A stretch of DNA of 64,000 bases from Henriciella sp. (GTDB taxonomy: Bacteria > Pseudomonadota > Alphaproteobacteria > Caulobacterales > Hyphomonadaceae), in NCBI RefSeq assembly GCF_012960415.1, contig NZ_DUBH01000043.1, positions 513 to 64,512 on the forward strand. Reading direction: 5' to 3'. The position numbers and the translations under genes are program-made. Shown in pieces: positions 1-9,635 of the stretch; the first letter of the stretch is position 1; every line of letters begins with the position of its first letter. A model generated the notes under the pieces. The model saw only the letters and a list, made by a program, of their open reading frames with translations. It was not told the origin of the DNA and searched no databases.

Positions 1-468
1 TTCGGGGCGATCGACGGAATCTTCCACACCGCCGGTGTGGTTTCGGACGAACTCATCCAGTTGAAGGTCGACGCGGACATCGAGCGCGTCTTCGGCCCCA
101 AGATTGGCGGCCTCGAAGCTCTCATCTCTCAGCTCGATACAAGCCAGCTCAAGACCGTGGTTTTCTTCTCATCGGTCGCCGCCCGTTACGGAAATGCAGG
201 CCAGGCCGACTACGCCATGGCAAACGAAATCCTGAACCGCATGGCCTGGTGGCTGAAATCGGCCAATCCGGCCGCCGCGATCACCTCCATAAACTGGGGC
301 CCTTGGGATGGCGGCATGGTGGACGAGGGCCTCCGCGCCAAATTCGCAGAGCTTGGCGTCCCGCTGATCTCCAAGTCCGCCGGGGCGAACGCTTTTGCCG
401 ATGCAGTTCTCGCAGGTGCCGCCTGCCCCGTAGAGCTCGTCGCAGGTGCGGAGATCGCGCATGTCTGA
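1..468 (+). CDS. 3' end of a PfaA-like PKS/PUFA-synthase subunit (ketoreductase domain C-terminus); the 5' end lies upstream of the window
   Basis: Frame 1 is open from nt 1. The translation GAIDGIFHTAGVVSDE...VVFFSSVAARYGNAGQADYAMANE...INWGPWDGGMV matches the catalytic S...Y..AN region of type I PKS KR domains. The TGA at 466-468 overlaps the next gene's ATG (461) by 8 nt. Confidence 0.8.
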   Translation, partial: FGAIDGIFHTAGVVSDELIQLKVDADIERVFGPKIGGLEALISQLDTSQLKTVVFFSSVAARYGNAGQADYAMANEILNRMAWWLKSANPAAAITSINWGPWDGGMVDEGLRAKFAELGVPLISKSAGANAFADAVLAGAACPVELVAGAEIAHV

Positions 469-3400
469 GCCGAAATTCGACCCGATCGCCATTGTCGGGC
501 GCGGCTGCGTCCTCCCCGGCGCGCTTACCCCTGCCGAACTCTGGCAGGCCGTGCTTGAGGAAAGGAGCCTCATCACCGATGCCCCGCCGGGCAAATGGGG
601 CGTCACCGACGCCGAGCAGCAGGCCCTCGGCTACAAAGGCGCCTTCGTCACCGGCTTCGACAAAGTCTTCGACGCCGCCGCCCATGACCTCGGTGACATC
701 GACGCCGCAGATCTCGACCCAGTCTTTCAGTGGCTGCTGCATGCGGGCCGCGAAGCCTGGCGCGAAGCCGGACAGCCCAAGGCTCGAAAAAACCGCATCG
801 GCGTCATCGCTGGCAATCTCGGCTATCCGAGCCGCGCCCTCTCTGACTTTGCCGCAGACATCTGGCTGGACGGCACCTCGGGCATCCACCCACAGAACCG
901 TTTCAACACAGGCGGCCCTGCGCAGCTTCTTGCCCGCTCGCTTGGCGCGGCCGGACCGGCCTTCGCCATAGATGCAGCCTGCGCCTCCTCCCTCTATGCC
1001 ATCAAGCTCGCCTGCGACCGCCTGCAGGATCACAGCCTCGATATCGTCGTCGCGGCAGCCGTAAATGGCGCGGACAATCTCATTCTCCATCAGGGCTTTT
1101 CAGCCCTCAACGCGCTCTCACCGACAGGCCGCTCACGGCCATTCGTGGAGGGTGCAGATGGCCTTGTCCCGGCAGAAGGTGCCGCCGCCATCGTTCTGAA
1201 ACGCCTGTCAGACTGCGACCTCGCAGACCGAGTCTTCGGCGTCATTCGCGGCATCGGCCTTTCCAATGACGGGCGCCGCAAATCCCTTCTCGCGCCAGAC
1301 GGCGAAGGCCAGCGCGAAGCCATGGACGCCGCATGGGCAGGCGCGGGCCTCGACCCGTCACGCGACATCGGGCTCGTCGAAGCCCATGCCACAGGCACAC
1401 GCACGGGCGATGCCGTCGAGCTATCTGCCACCGCCGCCCATTTCCAAGGCGTAGACGGCCTCCCCATCGGGTCGCTCAAAGGCAATCTCGGCCACCTCAT
1501 CACGGCCGCTGGCATGGCGAGCCTCATCAAGCTCATCTTCACCGTCAATGAAGGCATCATCCCCCCGACGCGGCTTGAGGGCGATGCTATCGCGGGCTTT
1601 GGCGGCAGCCCGCTTACCCCCGCCCGGCACGGCCAATGGCCGGACGGCCGCCCACGCATCGCCGCCCTCTCCAATTTCGGCTTTGGCGGCAACAATGCCC
1701 ATCTGATCCTCGCCGCCGATGACGGCCACCGCGCCCGCCGAAAGGCCGCGAAGCCCGATCAGAAGCCGCCCCATATCGCCATCACCGCCACCGGCCTCTC
1801 CCTTGGCCCGGATCGCGGCGTCGCCCGCGTGGTTCAACGCCTGATGCGTCCGCCAAAGGATGCGCGCGGCGCGATGACAGAGACCCATGCCGACCCGAAA
1901 GCCCTACGCGCGCCGCCCTCGGATCTTTCTTCAGCGCAGGGCCAGCAGGTCGCGCTCTGGGACGCCGTTGACGAAGCCCTTGCCCGTTCGTCCCTCCCGG
2001 ATGGCGCGCGCGTCGGCGTCTACACCGGTTTCAGCTGCTCGCCCGAAGCGACCCGCTGGATGCTCCGTGCACGGATTTCAGAGCGTCTGGGACTCAACCC
2101 AACATCGCCAGAAGCTGACGCCGCCCGCAACTCCATCGCCGCGCCGCTGAAAGCTGGCGACGTCCTCGGCGCCATGCCGAATGTGTCTGCCAACCGGCTG
2201 AATGTACGCGGCGACTGGCGCGCGCTCGGCTTTGCGGTGATGGAGGAGGAAGCTTCTGGGCTTCGCGCCACAGAGCTCGCGATCCGCGCCCTTCAGGCGG
2301 GCGAGATTGACGCCGCCATCGTTGCTGCAGCCGACCTGTCCAGCGATGTGGTTCACACCGCCACGAGCAGCGCGCGCACAGGTGACGCCGCCGCCGCCGT
2401 CATCCTGCAGCGCAGCGTCGACGCCCCTTCGGCAACCAAAATCCGAGCGCTCCGCATTCAAGCGGGCCAGGCGCCCAATGCCCTCATCTCCCGCATCTAC
2501 GGCCATGCCCATGCGGCGGGCAGCCTCGTCGAGCTTGGCTTGCAGTCCGAAGCCGCCGCGCGCGGGCTGGAGCTTACCAACACGGGCCTCATCCCGCGCC
2601 TCGACAATTCAGCCACTCGCCCGGCTGTGGCAGGTGCTGCCGTCATACTGAAGACGCGCCCGCAACCCTCGCCAGACCTGCTGCGCCCGCCGCCGCTGCT
2701 CGAAACATACGGCGCCGACAGCCGCGACGCGCTCATCGCCTGTCTCGAAGCCCAAGAACAGGCCAGCGACGGCAGCCACCGCGTCGCTCTGCTCGCCTCC
2801 CGCCCGGAAGAGATGACGGCCCTTCGCCTCGAAGCTGCATCGCGTCTTCGTTCAGGCAGACTTGAAAGCGGCGAAGGCATCCATTTCGGTGAGGGCGCGC
2901 CAAAGGGCGATCTCGCCTTTGTATTTACCGGCGCGGCGGCTGCCTATCCCGGCATGGGGCGCGATCTCTTCTCTGCCTTCCCGTCCCTTGGCAAGCTTGT
3001 CGCCCAGCGTTTCCCGGCGGCTCAATCTGTTGCCGATACGTTGGCCACAGGCCTTGAAAGCGCCTTCAGCCAGCTGCGCGCCACCACGCTTGTCTCGCAG
3101 GCCCAGCATCTGCTCCTGACGAAGAAGCTTGGTCTCAACCCGACCGTCGCGATGGGTCTGTCATCCGGCGAGACCAATTCGCTCATCGCCTTCGGCGCAT
3201 GGGTCGATGCTGACGGGCTCATGGGAACGATTGGCGAAAGCGGCATGTATGATCGCTACCTCGCAGGCGCGTTTGAAACCGCCCGCAAGGCGTGGGGCGA
3301 GAAAGCCCAGATCGACTGGGAAACCTGGCGTCTGCGCAACAGCGAGGCCGCTGTGCGCGATGCAATCAAGCCTGAGCCGCGCTGCGACATTACCATCATC

Positions 3401-6400
3401 TACAGCGCCAGCGATGTCGTCATCTCTGGTGAGGCAGCCGCATGCCAGCGCGTCATAAAGCGGCTCGGCGCGGCGGCGATACGGGTCCCGCATGACCTTA
3501 CCGTGCACACCCCTGCCATGCTGCCCTATGAGAAGATCTGGCATCAGCTTCATTTCCGCAAGACGAAAGCGCCGAAGGGCGTGCGCTTCTACGCCAACGC
3601 CATAAACGGCGCGTACTATGTGTCCGCCGACAGCGCCGCCAACATGCTGACAGGTCAGGCCATCGCGCCAATCGATTTCCCGGCGACTCTCCGCGCGGCG
3701 CATGCCGACGGGGTAAGGACCTTCATCGAAATCGGCCCTCGCGATACGCTCACCGGAGCCATTCAGGAAACGCTTGGGGCCTCTGTCACAGCCCTGCCAG
3801 TAGACCGGTTCGGCACGCCCGCTCTCGACAGTATCGCCGCCCTCACCGCTCGCCTCTTCGCCGAAGGGCACGCCCTCAATGTCGACTGGCTGAAGGTACA
3901 GCTAGGTGAGGCTAGCGCCAACACACTGCCATTGCGGGTGAAAGACAGAAGCGCAGTTACCTTCGATGCGCATGTCCCGCCGCCGCGCCTGCCACAGCTT
4001 CCATCTGGCGCTTCGCACACGGCCCGCCGCCGTCTCTCTCCACCCAAGCGGCCATCCTTCAGTCCCGGTCCGCTCCCGCCAGCAAAACCTGCTCGCACGC
4101 GAACAATTCCACTGCCGCCCGGCACAAGCTGGGTCCCGCCCGTGGTGAAGACAGTTGGGACGACCGTTCTGGAGCGGACTCGAGCGGCAACGGCGACGAT
4201 GCCTGCAGCCGTGCCGACACCACCAACCGCACCCAAACCGAACCCCGCCAGGCGCATCACGCCTGCGTCGGCGGAAGCCCGTAGATCTATCACGCCGCTA
4301 GAGCGCAGGACGCCAACAGGCCCCTCCTTCACCCGGGCTCAGATCGAAGAAGCCGCGGTCGGCAACATCTCGGATGTCTTTGGCGAAGCCTTCGCCGCGC
4401 AGGACAAATTCCGCCGTCAGGTCCGGATGCCGCGCCCGCCCATGCTGCTCTGTGACCGGATTACCGGCATCGACGCAGACGCGCTTGTCCAGGGAAAGGG
4501 CACGATCTGGACCGAAACCGACGTCACTGCAGACCTATGGGCGGTCAGCGACGGCATGCTGCGTCCGGGCCCCTTGATCGAAGCGGGGCAGGCAGACCTT
4601 GCGCTCATCTCATGGATGGGCGCTGATATGCTGAACTGCTCGGACCGCGTCTACCGCCTGCTCGGCTGCGAACTTACCTTCCACGAAGGCGGCCTGCCGC
4701 GCGTTGGAGAGACATTGCGCTTCCAGATCTCGATCAAGGGCCATGCAGAGCTATCCGGCGTGCGCATGTTCTTCTTCGAATATGACTGCTATGCTGACGA
4801 GCGCCTGCTTCTGTCTGTTCGCAATGGGCAGGCAGGCTTCTTCACTGATGAGGAACTCGCCAACTCCAAGGGCGTGCTCTGGGACGCCAGCGAAGGCGCG
4901 CCGACGGCAGACCCGCGCCTCGACAAGACGTCGCCGACAAGCAAGCACAGCTTCAGCGCCGCCGAAGTCGCCGCCTTCCGCGCTGGCGACACCTATCGCT
5001 GTTTCGGCGAAGGGTTTGAGCGCGCGGCCCCGCACACGCGCCCTGCCCGCCTGCCAGCTGGCAAGCTCTCACTGTTCGATGATGTGGCCGAGTTCGATCC
5101 CACCGGCGGCCCTTGGGGTCGCGGCTATCTCAAGGCCCGCCACCGCGTCGCCAAACACGCCTGGTTCTATGATGGCCATTTCCATGAAGACCCGTGCATG
5201 CCCGGCACGCTCATGGCCGAGGCGGCTGTTCAGGCGCTTGAATTCACCGCCGCAGGACTTGGCCTCACCATTGAGCGCGACAGCCATGTCTTCGAACCGG
5301 CACCGGGCGCGTCTGCGACCTTCTACTGCCGGGGTCAGGTGACGCCCGATGAGGACCACGACATCACCTATGAAGTCTTCGTCGATGAAGTGATCGACGG
5401 CGAAGAACCCATGGTCTTCGCCAGCCTCCTTGCGCGCTCTGATGGCCGAAAGGTCTTCTACTGTCCGCGCTTTGGCGTCCGCCTTCGCCGCCAATGGCCA
5501 GACCAGCCAAAAGCCTCCGCACCGCCCCACTATGTGAATACTGATTGCGACGTGCGCGGTGATGAAGCGGCCCTCATGGAATGCGGCTCTGGCGCGCCAA
5601 GCAACGCCTTTGGCAGCATGTATGCGCCCTTCGACACCAAAGGCGCTGTCCCCCGCCTACCGCAACCGCCCTACCACATGGTCAGCCGTGTCCTGTCCGT
5701 TTCTGGCCCTGCTGGCCAGCAGTCGGCAGGCCTGAAAGCTGTTGCCGAATATGATGTCCCACCAGACGCTTGGTATTTCGAGGATGGCGGCACCGGCAAC
5801 ATGCCTTTCAGCGTGCTGACCGAAGTCATTCTGCAACCCTGTGGTTGGCTCGCTTCCTATTCGGGCTTTGCCCTGTCCGGTGAGACGCGCTTCCGCAATC
5901 TCGATGGCAGCGGCAAGCTTCACCGCCAGGTTCGCCCCGGCGATGGCATGGTCCGCACAACGACAACGCTGACCCGATGCTCGCGCGTTGGGCCGATGAC
6001 CATCGTCTTCTTCGCGCTCGAAGCCACGCTCGCTGATGGCACACCCATCATCTCGCTGGAGACGATCTTTGGCTTCTTCACCAAAGCGTCACTCGCCGCG
6101 CAGGCAGGCCTCAAGCCAACCGACACAGATCGCGACTTCGTCAGCGCGCCAGCCGACCCACCGAGCGAGGACGGCACGCGCCTTCAGGCCTCCCGCAACC
6201 GGCTTGCGCTGTTTGATGTCATCGACCGGTTCGAACCAGAAGGCGGTAGCGCCGGTCTTGGCCAGATCCGCGCCCGGCAGGCCGTCGATCCCTATGCCTG
6301 GTATTTCAAGGCGCACTTCTTCTCTGACCCGGTCCAGCCCGGCTCACTCGGCCTCGACATGCTGGTTCAGCTTCTCGCCCGCGCCGCTGACCTCAAAGGT

Positions 6401-7786
6401 CTCGCAGAGCGGTTCGAGCACCCTGTCTGGGAGCCGATTGCAGAAACCAATGAGGTAAACTGGGCCTATCGCGGCCAGGTCATGCCCACGGCGAAACAGG
6501 CGACCCCGATGGTCGAGATTCTTTCGGTCGAAGAGCACGATGACGCGACCATCGTGAAGGGGCGCGGCGTGCTCTGGGTCGATGGGCTGAAAATCTATGA
6601 GATGCGCGAACTAAGCGTCCGGATATGCACCGCCCATACACCGTCAGTGCACCGCCACTGCACCATGTTTTCTGCTGGAAACGAGGGCTGGCTCCAGTCG
6701 CATCGTCCAACGCATACCCTCCCCGCGCTCCCGCTTCTGGCGCAGGCCGGAATGGCTCTGCAGCAGGCGAGAGCGGCAGGCTTCGAAGGCTACCCGATTG
6801 AACTGAAAGCGTTTTCGCCAAAACGCTGGGGCAGTTTGAGTGCTGAGGGCCTCAGCGTAGAGGCCAGGGTAACACCAGACGGCGACGCAAAACTGCGCGG
6901 CCGCGATGCCCTCTGTGGCGACGCCCCCTGGTACGAAATTTCCGCCGGAAAGATTAGCCAGCCCGTTCGGGGGCCAAAGCCGAAACTCGGGCCCGAAAAA
7001 CATGGAAAAAAGCGTGCTGATCCCTATGCATCCGGCGACCTTTTCCACGGGCCCGCCATGCAGCCCGTCATCTCCATGCACCGTGACGCAAAGGGCTTCG
7101 AAGCTATTCTGGACCTTTCCGCCGCCATTCATCCCGGGGACCCGTTCGACCCGGTCATACTGGACGGCCTCGTCCATGGCCCGCCGCACGAAACGCCTGA
7201 AGAATGGTTCGAGGGCGCGGAAAACACTGCCATCTACCCCGTCCGGATCGACCGCCTGATTGTGCTCAGCGCCCTTCCGGAAAACGGCAAAGTCACCGTC
7301 AGGGGTCGTCCGCAATCACGACCGGAAGGCTCTGATGAGCTACCCGTCCTGATCGAGGCCTATCTTGAAGACGGCACGCTCTGGGCGCGGCTGGACCTCA
7401 TCGAGAAAGCGTATCCGAAAGGCAAGCTCGGCGCGCTCAACCCACTGGCAAGAAAGGCTTTTCTGACGGGCGCAAATGACGAGGTGGTCGCGCCGCTCAG
7501 CTGGCAGGGAGGCGAGCGCAGCCTCGTCGCGCCCGCCGACGTGATGGCGTGCGACTGGCTGCCCGGCACTGTCGCCGCCGCCTGGGGGCTGAATGGGCTA
7601 ACGGGCGCAGATCTCATCAAAGGCGTTGCCGTGAAGGAATTCTTCGCCCGCAAATGGGGTATCCATCCGCAAAAGTTGACGCTGGACCCACCTTTCGTCA
7701 TCGGCCCAAACGCCCGCAGCCGTTACGATCTGCGCTTCGATACCGCCGCGCGCGCCTGGTCTGTCGGAGATGATCCCCATGGATAA
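461..7786 (+). CDS. PfaC-like multidomain polyketide/PUFA synthase subunit, KS - CLF - AT - linker - FabA-DH - FabA-DH - PKS-type DH-like region
   Basis: A single 7.3-kb ORF. Motifs in order: KS (DAACASS with Cys codon 980-982, EAHATGT, NFGFGGNNAH); a CLF-like second KS without the Cys (VMEEEASG); AT (AMGLSSGE with Ser codon 3161-3163); a Pro/Arg/Thr-rich linker (~3970-4330); FabA-type DH (GHFHEDPCMPG, His 5177-5179); a second FabA-type DH (AHFFSDPVQPGSLGLD, His 6314-6316); and a PS-DH-like tail (YASGDLFHGPAMQP, LDGLVHG). ATG 461 (MSEPKFDPIAIVG) is preferred over GTG 446. Confidence 0.9.
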   Translation: MSEPKFDPIAIVGRGCVLPGALTPAELWQAVLEERSLITDAPPGKWGVTDAEQQALGYKGAFVTGFDKVFDAAAHDLGDIDAADLDPVFQWLLHAGREAWREAGQPKARKNRIGVIAGNLGYPSRALSDFAADIWLDGTSGIHPQNRFNTGGPAQLLARSLGAAGPAFAIDAACASSLYAIKLACDRLQDHSLDIVVAAAVNGADNLILHQGFSALNALSPTGRSRPFVEGADGLVPAEGAAAIVLKRLSDCDLADRVFGVIRGIGLSNDGRRKSLLAPDGEGQREAMDAAWAGAGLDPSRDIGLVEAHATGTRTGDAVELSATAAHFQGVDGLPIGSLKGNLGHLITAAGMASLIKLIFTVNEGIIPPTRLEGDAIAGFGGSPLTPARHGQWPDGRPRIAALSNFGFGGNNAHLILAADDGHRARRKAAKPDQKPPHIAITATGLSLGPDRGVARVVQRLMRPPKDARGAMTETHADPKALRAPPSDLSSAQGQQVALWDAVDEALARSSLPDGARVGVYTGFSCSPEATRWMLRARISERLGLNPTSPEADAARNSIAAPLKAGDVLGAMPNVSANRLNVRGDWRALGFAVMEEEASGLRATELAIRALQAGEIDAAIVAAADLSSDVVHTATSSARTGDAAAAVILQRSVDAPSATKIRALRIQAGQAPNALISRIYGHAHAAGSLVELGLQSEAAARGLELTNTGLIPRLDNSATRPAVAGAAVILKTRPQPSPDLLRPPPLLETYGADSRDALIACLEAQEQASDGSHRVALLASRPEEMTALRLEAASRLRSGRLESGEGIHFGEGAPKGDLAFVFTGAAAAYPGMGRDLFSAFPSLGKLVAQRFPAAQSVADTLATGLESAFSQLRATTLVSQAQHLLLTKKLGLNPTVAMGLSSGETNSLIAFGAWVDADGLMGTIGESGMYDRYLAGAFETARKAWGEKAQIDWETWRLRNSEAAVRDAIKPEPRCDITIIYSASDVVISGEAAACQRVIKRLGAAAIRVPHDLTVHTPAMLPYEKIWHQLHFRKTKAPKGVRFYANAINGAYYVSADSAANMLTGQAIAPIDFPATLRAAHADGVRTFIEIGPRDTLTGAIQETLGASVTALPVDRFGTPALDSIAALTARLFAEGHALNVDWLKVQLGEASANTLPLRVKDRSAVTFDAHVPPPRLPQLPSGASHTARRRLSPPKRPSFSPGPLPPAKPARTRTIPLPPGTSWVPPVVKTVGTTVLERTRAATATMPAAVPTPPTAPKPNPARRITPASAEARRSITPLERRTPTGPSFTRAQIEEAAVGNISDVFGEAFAAQDKFRRQVRMPRPPMLLCDRITGIDADALVQGKGTIWTETDVTADLWAVSDGMLRPGPLIEAGQADLALISWMGADMLNCSDRVYRLLGCELTFHEGGLPRVGETLRFQISIKGHAELSGVRMFFFEYDCYADERLLLSVRNGQAGFFTDEELANSKGVLWDASEGAPTADPRLDKTSPTSKHSFSAAEVAAFRAGDTYRCFGEGFERAAPHTRPARLPAGKLSLFDDVAEFDPTGGPWGRGYLKARHRVAKHAWFYDGHFHEDPCMPGTLMAEAAVQALEFTAAGLGLTIERDSHVFEPAPGASATFYCRGQVTPDEDHDITYEVFVDEVIDGEEPMVFASLLARSDGRKVFYCPRFGVRLRRQWPDQPKASAPPHYVNTDCDVRGDEAALMECGSGAPSNAFGSMYAPFDTKGAVPRLPQPPYHMVSRVLSVSGPAGQQSAGLKAVAEYDVPPDAWYFEDGGTGNMPFSVLTEVILQPCGWLASYSGFALSGETRFRNLDGSGKLHRQVRPGDGMVRTTTTLTRCSRVGPMTIVFFALEATLADGTPIISLETIFGFFTKASLAAQAGLKPTDTDRDFVSAPADPPSEDGTRLQASRNRLALFDVIDRFEPEGGSAGLGQIRARQAVDPYAWYFKAHFFSDPVQPGSLGLDMLVQLLARAADLKGLAERFEHPVWEPIAETNEVNWAYRGQVMPTAKQATPMVEILSVEEHDDATIVKGRGVLWVDGLKIYEMRELSVRICTAHTPSVHRHCTMFSAGNEGWLQSHRPTHTLPALPLLAQAGMALQQARAAGFEGYPIELKAFSPKRWGSLSAEGLSVEARVTPDGDAKLRGRDALCGDAPWYEISAGKISQPVRGPKPKLGPEKHGKKRADPYASGDLFHGPAMQPVISMHRDAKGFEAILDLSAAIHPGDPFDPVILDGLVHGPPHETPEEWFEGAENTAIYPVRIDRLIVLSALPENGKVTVRGRPQSRPEGSDELPVLIEAYLEDGTLWARLDLIEKAYPKGKLGALNPLARKAFLTGANDEVVAPLSWQGGERSLVAPADVMACDWLPGTVAAAWGLNGLTGADLIKGVAVKEFFARKWGIHPQKLTLDPPFVIGPNARSRYDLRFDTAARAWSVGDDPHG

Positions 7787-8360
7787 TTTTGAGATCATCC
7801 CCGTTACCGACGCCACGCGGCCCTTGGTCCAGCACCTGCGCTACCGGGTCTATTGCGCCGAGAAGCAGTTCGCCATGAAGGGAGCCGACCATGAAAGCCG
7901 ACTGCTGCGTGACGATGCTGACCCGCTGGGCGAGACTTTCGCGCTTTTCGATGGGGCTGACCTTGTCTCCAGCGCGCAGGTCATCCCAGTCCATGCGAGT
8001 GAAGCAACTGAAAGATTTTGGGTTTTCGACCTTGGATCAGTCCTCGCCGAAGGAGAAAGCTGCGTCGTCGTGTCGAAACTGGTCACCGCTCCAGAACGGC
8101 GCGGCTCCAAGACGCTCGGCCCGGTGATGCGCGCTGTCCTCGACTATGTGGCCCGCAACAAGCACCGCTATATCGCCATTCTGGCCGAAGCACAGATGCG
8201 TGAGTTTTATGGATCGATGGGCTTCGATATCCGCAAGGAAGGCATAGAAGCGCCGCCCTTCGGCACTGTTTCGCTTATGGTTTTTGACATGCAGGACGAG
8301 CGTCACACCAGTGGCAGATCACTCGCCGGATGGATGTTCAAATCGATTTTTGCGCGCTGA
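7779..8360 (+). CDS. Small GNAT-fold acyltransferase resembling the FeeM / N-acyl amino acid synthase / LuxI-like acyl-ACP-dependent family
   Basis: 193-196 aa. The pattern LRYRVYCAEKQF...DxxD...ALFDG.DLVSSAQV...VVSKLVTAPERRG...FYGSMGF fits the N-acyl amino acid synthase / autoinducer-synthase-like GNAT layout. GGAGA (7766-7770) lies 8 nt upstream of ATG 7779. The alternative start is ATG 7770. The gene overlaps the PKS stop (7784-7786). Confidence 0.6.
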   Translation: MDNFEIIPVTDATRPLVQHLRYRVYCAEKQFAMKGADHESRLLRDDADPLGETFALFDGADLVSSAQVIPVHASEATERFWVFDLGSVLAEGESCVVVSKLVTAPERRGSKTLGPVMRAVLDYVARNKHRYIAILAEAQMREFYGSMGFDIRKEGIEAPPFGTVSLMVFDMQDERHTSGRSLAGWMFKSIFAR

Positions 8361-8997
8361 ACGCGGCCGTGCAAACCGCATCGGGGCCAGCGTCGATCAC
8401 CGTCAACATTAGCGACAAGCCGCGATCTTTAGTTTCGATTTCGTCCAGACGCCCCCGAATGAATTCCGACGGTATTTCAACGCTCTTCGCGCCGCCGCGA
8501 AGCCCCTCTCCCCGGCATTTCAGAACTGCTTCCTTTGCGGTCCAGAGACGATAGAAAGCGGCCAGCTGTGCCAGTTCCGTGCCCGCGGAAATGACGGCAT
8601 CGCTCTCAGCTGGGGAGGCCGTCATCGAGAGGATCGCGCTCGTCTCGCGCGGTATCAGCCGCTCGATATCGATGCCGATGCGGCTCACTTCAGACAGTGC
8701 CGCTGCCGCGATTGATCCCGACTTCGACCAGCTGATAGCGAGCTCAGGCGCGCCAACAAGCTCCGGGCGGGCGTCGTCATAACTCTGAAGAACAGGCGTT
8801 CCAGGCTGTGGCCGTTGCTGCTGAATAAGCTGCCGCATCAGCCATCTGGCATGCAGAAAGTCGGCAGCGTCGTCGCTACGTCTAAGCTTAGAAGCACGTG
8901 CTTTTTCGGCCTCGTCGGCAGGCTCAAAGCTATGCTGAACATCCCGCCTGTCAGAAATTGCCCAGACCGGGCCAGCAGCTACAGAGCCGCCGCGCAT
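8338..8997 (-). CDS. Sfp-type 4'-phosphopantetheinyl transferase (PfaE-like)
   Basis: Carries the GIDIERL and WTAKEAVLK motifs. The start is either ATG 8997 (2 nt after the sigma gene's stop) or TTG 9003 (4-nt overlap). The 3' end overlaps the convergent GNAT gene by 23 nt. Confidence 0.85.
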   Translation of the reverse strand: MRGGSVAAGPVWAISDRRDVQHSFEPADEAEKARASKLRRSDDAADFLHARWLMRQLIQQQRPQPGTPVLQSYDDARPELVGAPELAISWSKSGSIAAAALSEVSRIGIDIERLIPRETSAILSMTASPAESDAVISAGTELAQLAAFYRLWTAKEAVLKCRGEGLRGGAKSVEIPSEFIRGRLDEIETKDRGLSLMLTVIDAGPDAVCTAAFSAQKSI

Positions 8998-8999
8998 GA

Positions 9000-9611
9000 T
9001 CAAATGGGGTGCTGGGCTGGTCCTGCCAATTCATCGAGCCGATGAAGCAGCGCTGGAAGCCCCTGCCCCTCAGGGCGCTTGACGGCATAGGATGAACGCT
9101 CGCTCGACACGAAACGCCGTTTCACGGTTTCACGCGCGCGGCTGACGCGGCTCTTGATCGTGCCTGCCGAGCAGCCACAGACCTCTCCGGCCTCATCATA
9201 GGTCATGCCTGCAGCGAGGATAAGGATCAGCGCGTCGCGCTGGTCGTCTGGTAGCTGGCTGATCAGCCGCTCCATCCGTGCAAAATCCTTGGCTGTTTCT
9301 TGGTGAGCTTCGGCGACGAGAGCCGCAGCGATCACATCTGGCTCCAGATTGACCGAGCGCCAGGATCGGCGCTTCTGCATGTAGAATTCGTTGCGCAGGA
9401 TTCTGAATAGCCAAGGACGCATCGGCTGGTCCGGCTCAAACATTTCCTGCGAGCTCCACGCCTTCAGGCAGGTATCCTGTACGAGATCGTCTGCGAGCGC
9501 GGCGTCGCGGCACAAACCTCTCGCAAAGGCTCTGAGCTCTGGAATCAGGGCTTCGAGGCGGGCGACGAAGGACGCTTCTATTTTCTCAACCAAACCACCC
9601 AACTCCAACAC
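9000..9611 (-). CDS. ECF sigma factor, EcfG-like (general stress response type)
   Basis: Region 2 reads RAFARGLCRDAALADDLVQDTCLKAW...RPWLFRILRNEF. Region 4 reads DQRDALILILAAGMTYDEAGEVCGCSAGTIKSRVSRARE. A NepR-like gene lies immediately upstream. Confidence 0.85.
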   Translation of the reverse strand: MLELGGLVEKIEASFVARLEALIPELRAFARGLCRDAALADDLVQDTCLKAWSSQEMFEPDQPMRPWLFRILRNEFYMQKRRSWRSVNLEPDVIAAALVAEAHQETAKDFARMERLISQLPDDQRDALILILAAGMTYDEAGEVCGCSAGTIKSRVSRARETVKRRFVSSERSSYAVKRPEGQGLPALLHRLDELAGPAQHPI

Positions 9612-9635
9612 GCGCGGGCCGGCTTTTGCCGTGCC

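Noticed and set aside
3966-4330. The Pro/Arg/Thr-rich ~120-aa stretch in the megasynthase looked like a possible frameshift artefact between the AT and DH regions.
   Set aside because: The frame stays open. The AT upstream and the FabA-type DH downstream are in the same frame. No alternative frame gives a recognisable domain. Low-complexity interdomain linkers are normal in PUFA synthases.
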